Assembly: GCA_004195715.1 (NCBI GenBank)
Contig: PSPX01000006.1
Location: 9,524 to 73,523 of the forward strand
Direction of reading: 5' to 3'
Length of the DNA: 64,000 nt
Origin: Methanobacteriota archaeon
Lineage (GTDB): Archaea > Thermoplasmatota > Poseidoniia > Poseidoniales > Thalassarchaeaceae
How positions within the stretch are numbered: position 1 is the stretch's first letter; each line of letters opens with the position of its first letter. The notes beneath the pieces are model-generated. The model saw only the letters and a program-made list of their open reading frames with translations, searched no databases and was not told where the DNA came from. Positions 59,856 to 64,000 of the stretch are shown in pieces. The position numbers were made by a program, and so were the translations under genes.

Positions 59856-60293
59856 CTAGAGCCAGTACCAACTTTCGGAGTCGGCCATGAATAGGATACC
59901 TTCCATCTCAGCCTGCCCAATGATCTGCTCTGCGGACGGTTTGGTGTAGCCCTCTTTTTCCAATTCTGAGGAGAGCGTTTGGATAGTCAGCCTGCCGTCG
60001 CTTCCGGTTGACTGGCGCATAATCCTGCGTATAGCCTCCGAGCCTCCTCTGGTCTTCTCTCCCAGAGAGGCCCTCCGGCTCTGCTCAGCGGCGATTCGGG
60101 ACTCTACCTCCTGACTAATCTGTGAAGGAAGATTAGATGCGGCTACCGCCTCGGCGAGGGCCTCAGGAGACTGGAACTCCCTCTGCGTCTTGCCCTTTGA
60201 GGAGCCGCATCGGGGGCATGATGAGAACGAAGCTTTCCTAGAACCGAACGAGTTGCCGCAGATGCACTTGACTAGTATCCAGATTTCATCCAC
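59856..60293 (-). CDS. hypothetical protein with an N-terminal C4 zinc ribbon
   Basis: 'CICGNSF...CPRCGS' followed by a helical C-terminal domain. No family was recognised. Confidence 0.4.
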   Translation of the reverse strand: MDEIWILVKCICGNSFGSRKASFSSCPRCGSSKGKTQREFQSPEALAEAVAASNLPSQISQEVESRIAAEQSRRASLGEKTRGGSEAIRRIMRQSTGSDGRLTIQTLSSELEKEGYTKPSAEQIIGQAEMEGILFMADSESWYWL

Positions 60294-60323
60294 ACTAGAA
60301 CCACAATATCGCGGTACAATAGT

Positions 60324-60656
60324 TTGTCCCGAACATTACTGTGCCGGTTTGATGTATCTCGGGCCCGTGCGGGGTGCATGGTTGGGCCCAGAGTGGTTGT
60401 CGGTTGGGTGCTCGCCGTGCTTCTAGTAGGGATGTCTGCGAATAGTTTCGTTGCTGAGGGTGCGCTCACCGCCGAGGCATGGGGATTTCTCCTGCTGACT
60501 CCACTGGCTCTGGTGATGGCGCTCAGTCCTACGGTACCTTGGGAGAGTACTGATTCAGAGGGAGCTGAAGAGTGGCCGGATGACGAGGGTTCCGATGAGG
60601 GAGAGAAGGACGTCCCTGATCCAATCGAATCCGGCTTCGACATACCGGTCCTGTAA
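60324..60656 (+). CDS. small hypothetical membrane protein with an acidic C-terminal tail
   Basis: Two hydrophobic segments followed by an 'EGAEEWPDDEGSDEGEKD' tail. It is weakly supported. Confidence 0.25.
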   Translation: MSRTLLCRFDVSRARAGCMVGPRVVVGWVLAVLLVGMSANSFVAEGALTAEAWGFLLLTPLALVMALSPTVPWESTDSEGAEEWPDDEGSDEGEKDVPDPIESGFDIPVL

Positions 60657-62573
60657 TCACGTGAGTCTGAGCGTCTCCAAATTAGCAGGAGCGTAGGTCT
60701 GCACCCTGAAGCGCTCCCTCAGACCCTGTCGGAAGGCGTTGCAGGTCTGAGGATCCCCGTGATGGCAGATAATCTTGCGAGGGGTCGGATTCAGAGCCGA
60801 GACGTAATCGAATAGTTGGTTCCTGTCCGAATGGCCACTGAAGCCGTCTATGGTCACCATATTGCACCTGATATCGATCATCAGAGTCTGCCCCTTGTCC
60901 ATTAGGGGAACTTGGGCATGACCTTGCTGCAGACGCCTGCCCAACGTTCCCGAAGCCTGGTAGCCAACGAAGCACAGGGTATAGTTGGGCTCAGGTGCCC
61001 AGTGCTTGAAGTACTCAACAATAGGACCTCCGGTCATCATCCCACTGGTAGCGAGGACGATACAGGGGCTGGGATCGAGTAGAATCGTATCCCTCTGTTC
61101 GCGCGAGTCGACCTGCTTGAACCATGATGAGTTGAAGGGGTTCTCGGAACCTCCCTTAAGCATCTGACGACGGAGGTCCCTATTGAGGAAGTTCGGATGA
61201 CTGGAGTGAATCGCTGTGGCCTCGGATATCATTCCGTCGAGCCAAACGGTAACAGGCTTGACGTTGCCCGATTTGAATAACTGGTCTATTGCTATCATGA
61301 CCTCTTGAGATCGGCCGACTGCGAACACAGGACAGAATATCTTGCCACCCCTCCCAAGTGCGTCGATGATGAGGTCCTGCAACTCTTGGCTGGCCTGCTG
61401 CCTTGTGGGCTGGATGTCCTGAGGTCCGCCGTAAGTCGATTCTATTACTAGTGTCTCAACCTTGGGGAACCTGACTGTTGCTGCATCGAAGAGCCATGAC
61501 TTCTCGTACTTGATGTCGCCTGAGAACAGCAACTTGTGTTCGCCCCTGCCTTCTCCGATTTGCATGTAGACGCTGGATGAGCCGAGAATGTGCCCGGCGT
61601 TCTCCATTGTCATCTTTATGTCCGGAGATATATCCGTCTTGTCGCCCCAGTTGACATCGACAACGTGCTTGATGCATTCCTGTATGTCGGCTTTCGAGTA
61701 TGGCGGTTCGTTACCCTCCGCTCGAGCCACCTTGATGTAGTCAATCTGGAGTAGTGTCATGAGGTCACGAGTCGGTGGCGTGCAGTAGACAGGCCCCCTG
61801 TAGCCGTACTTGAACAAAACTGGGAGCATGCCAATGTGATCTATGTGCGCGTGAGTAATCACAATCGCGTCCAAATTGTCCAGTGGGAGCAACTCAGGAG
61901 CGGTGAAGAAGGGCTCTACCTCGCTGCGTTTGGTGGTTGGCTTCGCCCCGCAATCTACGAGTACCTTAGACTCGTTGGTAGTGACTAGGTGCATCGCCCT
62001 ACCAACCTCTCTGTAAGAGCCCAGTGCAGTGACCCTGACCCAGGGCTCACCGGGCCTTGGGTGACGGTAGATGCGGGTGCCGAACTTCCTTAGCAGTGAT
62101 TTCCTGTCATCTGCCATCTCCTTGCGGTATCGTCGAATGTCATGCTGGGTTCGACTTCCTATGGCAGGCGCCCTGACCACGTCAACTAGCCAACCAATCT
62201 CATCACGCAGAGCCCTGATGTTCGAACCCTTTGGGCCAACGGCTACGGAAGGATCGTCGCATTCGAGGATAACTTGACTGAGAGCGGGGTCGAGCCAAGT
62301 CTTGCGAACATCGGCACCGGGAGGAATCAGTCGCGCGACCGCGTCATGAACTGCATTTTCGTCGACCATTATATCGGCATGGGGTCTGATGACTACGCGG
62401 CGCTTGATGGTCTTCGCTATTCTGACCGTGAGGTTATCACCAGAGCCGCTGAATGCCCCTGGCTGCTTGGTCACTATCGAAATCGAGCCAGCCTCTAAGT
62501 CGACCTCGTAGTCGACATCCTTGGGTATTAACTTCGAAATTTTCTTCTTCAATTCACTCAACGTAAAGCGCAT
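60657..62573 (-). CDS. fttA: aCPSF1 / FttA (KH-KH-metallo-beta-lactamase-beta-CASP ribonuclease, archaeal transcription termination factor)
   Basis: Two N-terminal KH domains, the MBL motif 'ITHAHIDHIG', beta-CASP, and a length of 638 aa. It is adjacent to psmB, as is common in archaea. Confidence 0.85.
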   Translation of the reverse strand: MRFTLSELKKKISKLIPKDVDYEVDLEAGSISIVTKQPGAFSGSGDNLTVRIAKTIKRRVVIRPHADIMVDENAVHDAVARLIPPGADVRKTWLDPALSQVILECDDPSVAVGPKGSNIRALRDEIGWLVDVVRAPAIGSRTQHDIRRYRKEMADDRKSLLRKFGTRIYRHPRPGEPWVRVTALGSYREVGRAMHLVTTNESKVLVDCGAKPTTKRSEVEPFFTAPELLPLDNLDAIVITHAHIDHIGMLPVLFKYGYRGPVYCTPPTRDLMTLLQIDYIKVARAEGNEPPYSKADIQECIKHVVDVNWGDKTDISPDIKMTMENAGHILGSSSVYMQIGEGRGEHKLLFSGDIKYEKSWLFDAATVRFPKVETLVIESTYGGPQDIQPTRQQASQELQDLIIDALGRGGKIFCPVFAVGRSQEVMIAIDQLFKSGNVKPVTVWLDGMISEATAIHSSHPNFLNRDLRRQMLKGGSENPFNSSWFKQVDSREQRDTILLDPSPCIVLATSGMMTGGPIVEYFKHWAPEPNYTLCFVGYQASGTLGRRLQQGHAQVPLMDKGQTLMIDIRCNMVTIDGFSGHSDRNQLFDYVSALNPTPRKIICHHGDPQTCNAFRQGLRERFRVQTYAPANLETLRLT

Positions 62574-62652
62574 TCGTTCACATCCTTGCTATGCTCGCGG
62601 CAGTACTTGTCACCCACCAGAATGGGAGGTTGGCACTTGGCCGGGAGGGGAT

Positions 62653-63279
62653 TCAGATTCCAGACAGGAGGTTTGATACCTCGTCTTCAGAGAGTTGGTT
62701 GAAGCCTACGCCGGGGGTGATGACGACAAGATCCATTCCGTTGCCGCTGGCGGCGTCGCGCTGAGCGGAGGCGAGCAGGGCCTTGGCGGCGACACGCAAG
62801 GCCTCGTCCACGGACATCCCCTCTGTGAACTGATCCTCGAGCACTCCATACATGTAGGGGCTGCCAGAACCGGTAGCACAGTAGACGTCAGGAATCGAAC
62901 CGCCGGCCGAATCTATACTATAGACACTAGAACCGGAATCATCCACGCCTACGATTAGAAGTTGGACGTAATGCGGTCGGCCAACTAGGATGTTGGCAGT
63001 TAGTGTAGCGGCGCCCTTCACGGTCATTGGAGTACCGTGCTTGAGTTCGTAAAGACGCAATTCGGCCGTGAGAGTACGAGATAGCGACTGAGCGTGGCCC
63101 ACTAGTCCTGCAGTGGTCAGAGCCACTGAGTCTGAAATCTTGAATACCTTCTGCACGTTCTTATTGGCAATGAAGTGCCCCATAGTGGCCCTGTGATCGG
63201 CCCCGACCACTACTCCACCGTCAAAAGTAATCCCGATGGTACTGGTTCCGGTCTTGACGACATCCATGGAATCGTTCAT
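62653..63279 (-). CDS. psmB: proteasome subunit beta
   Basis: 'KTGTSTIGITFDGGVVVGADHRAT' with the active-site Thr after the propeptide, and Ntn-hydrolase beta-subunit sequence throughout. Confidence 0.85.
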   Translation of the reverse strand: MNDSMDVVKTGTSTIGITFDGGVVVGADHRATMGHFIANKNVQKVFKISDSVALTTAGLVGHAQSLSRTLTAELRLYELKHGTPMTVKGAATLTANILVGRPHYVQLLIVGVDDSGSSVYSIDSAGGSIPDVYCATGSGSPYMYGVLEDQFTEGMSVDEALRVAAKALLASAQRDAASGNGMDLVVITPGVGFNQLSEDEVSNLLSGI

Positions 63280-63442
63280 TGAGTCACCTGCTGCAGGGAA
63301 GTCCCCAGCGAACCCGACTCGATTCGGGCCCCTTATGAATGCGACGGGAGAGGAGACTGGAAAATCGTGGAATGGATGTAAACGTGATTTACGCGCTGTG
63401 CCCTACCGCAGAAGTCAAGGCGACGCGTAGAAGCGGGTAGTC

Positions 63443-63856
63443 GTGGCTAAGGGTGAGGCAAGTGGGCCGCGCTGGATAGAGATGCCTAGCATCTCGGATG
63501 ATGCGGGCATGGCTATGGAGCCCGGTGAGAACTACCACGACCTTGCAGACAGGTATCCTGACGCCCCCGTATCCAGAGGAACTGGGGACGCCATCGTCCA
63601 TCGGGCAGTACTCGACGATATCACCGGTGTGCCCATGGTGATGGACTGGGTATCAGATGGAGACCTAGTAATCGTGGAGATGAGCAGGATGCTGAGCCGG
63701 GAGCTTGAGCTGCAAACAGCAGTAGAGAGGCTCAGGGGCTTCGTAGAGGATGACCTATGCGGCGAGGTAGTCAGACTAGGGGATTCGCGACTTTTGCTGC
63801 TACCCTCTGAATTCGAGAGCACTCGGAAGTCCGAGGGTACATCGATGTACTTCTGA
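63443..63856 (+). CDS. sepF: SepF-like cell-division protein (DUF552)
   Basis: 'IVHRAVLDDITGVPMVMDWVSDGDLVIVEMSRM...AVERLRGFVEDDLCGEVVRLGDSRLLLLP' follows the SepF C-domain pattern. Confidence 0.55.
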   Translation: MAKGEASGPRWIEMPSISDDAGMAMEPGENYHDLADRYPDAPVSRGTGDAIVHRAVLDDITGVPMVMDWVSDGDLVIVEMSRMLSRELELQTAVERLRGFVEDDLCGEVVRLGDSRLLLLPSEFESTRKSEGTSMYF

Positions 63857-64000
63857 GGTGATTCCATCGAGAGCCGTATCGAGCAGCCATGCCCGGTTTG
63901 CGATTCCGGCAAAGAATTGACAATGATAGCGCACACTTCCGAGATACCATACTTCGGAGAACACACCCAGTTGACCATACTTTGTGACTCATGCGGTTGG
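63857..64000 (+). CDS. ZPR1-type zinc-finger protein, 5' part (runs off the window); no canonical start codon found
   Basis: 'CPVCDSGKELTMIAHTSEIPYFGEHTQLTILCDSCGW' matches the ZPR1 C4 finger (C..C.......l.....IP.F.e.....f.C..CG). The frame opens directly after the sepF TGA, in the same frame. Confidence 0.3.

Noticed and set aside
1-64000. CRISPR arrays, transposases, integrases, toxin-antitoxin pairs, and restriction-modification or other defence genes.
   Set aside because: No direct-repeat arrays and no ORFs with nuclease, methyltransferase, integrase or transposase motifs were seen. The window reads as core genome throughout.

Overview
This window reads as a densely coded core-chromosome region of an archaeon of about 50% GC, plausibly a Thermoplasmatota / Marine Group II-like euryarchaeon. 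The archaeal hallmarks are PAN, ribosomal proteins L31e, L39e, S17e and S19e, Kae1, aCPSF1 (FttA), the EndA splicing endonuclease, MBF1, SepF and the beta-proteasome subunit. The content is mostly housekeeping and metabolic. The recognisable blocks are:
- A complete histidine-utilisation (Hut) cluster with a split formiminotransferase/cyclodeaminase.
- Methylmalonyl-CoA mutase with its epimerase.
- A preQ0/archaeosine-precursor cluster (folE, queE, queC, queD with msrB).
- A ribosomal-protein cluster.
- A YdeP/FdhD/IscA/YgfZ molybdoenzyme and Fe-S maturation cluster.
- Superoxide dismutase, ValRS, an RND/MMPL-type transporter, topoisomerase IA and a geranylgeranyl reductase.
- A futalosine/F0-type radical SAM enzyme, the pntAA-pntAB-pntB transhydrogenase, malate dehydrogenase, two tRNAs (Val-GAC, Pro-UGG) and an SRP RNA.
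No CRISPR array, integrase, transposase or obvious defence or restriction genes were seen. None of the oddities below is a clear novel system. The items worth a second look are:
- A PqqD/RRE-like small protein next to an FMN reductase.
- An operon of a secreted protein, a TatC with a Cys-rich tail and an M6-like metalloprotease.
- An orphan archaeal-type CcmE.
- A frameshifted class-2 pyrD.
- topA carrying three C-terminal tandem repeats.
- A lysine/proline/glutamate-rich disordered protein beside kae1.
- A ZPR1-type zinc-finger ORF with no start codon directly after sepF.
All functional calls come from motif and family recognition by eye; no database searches were run.
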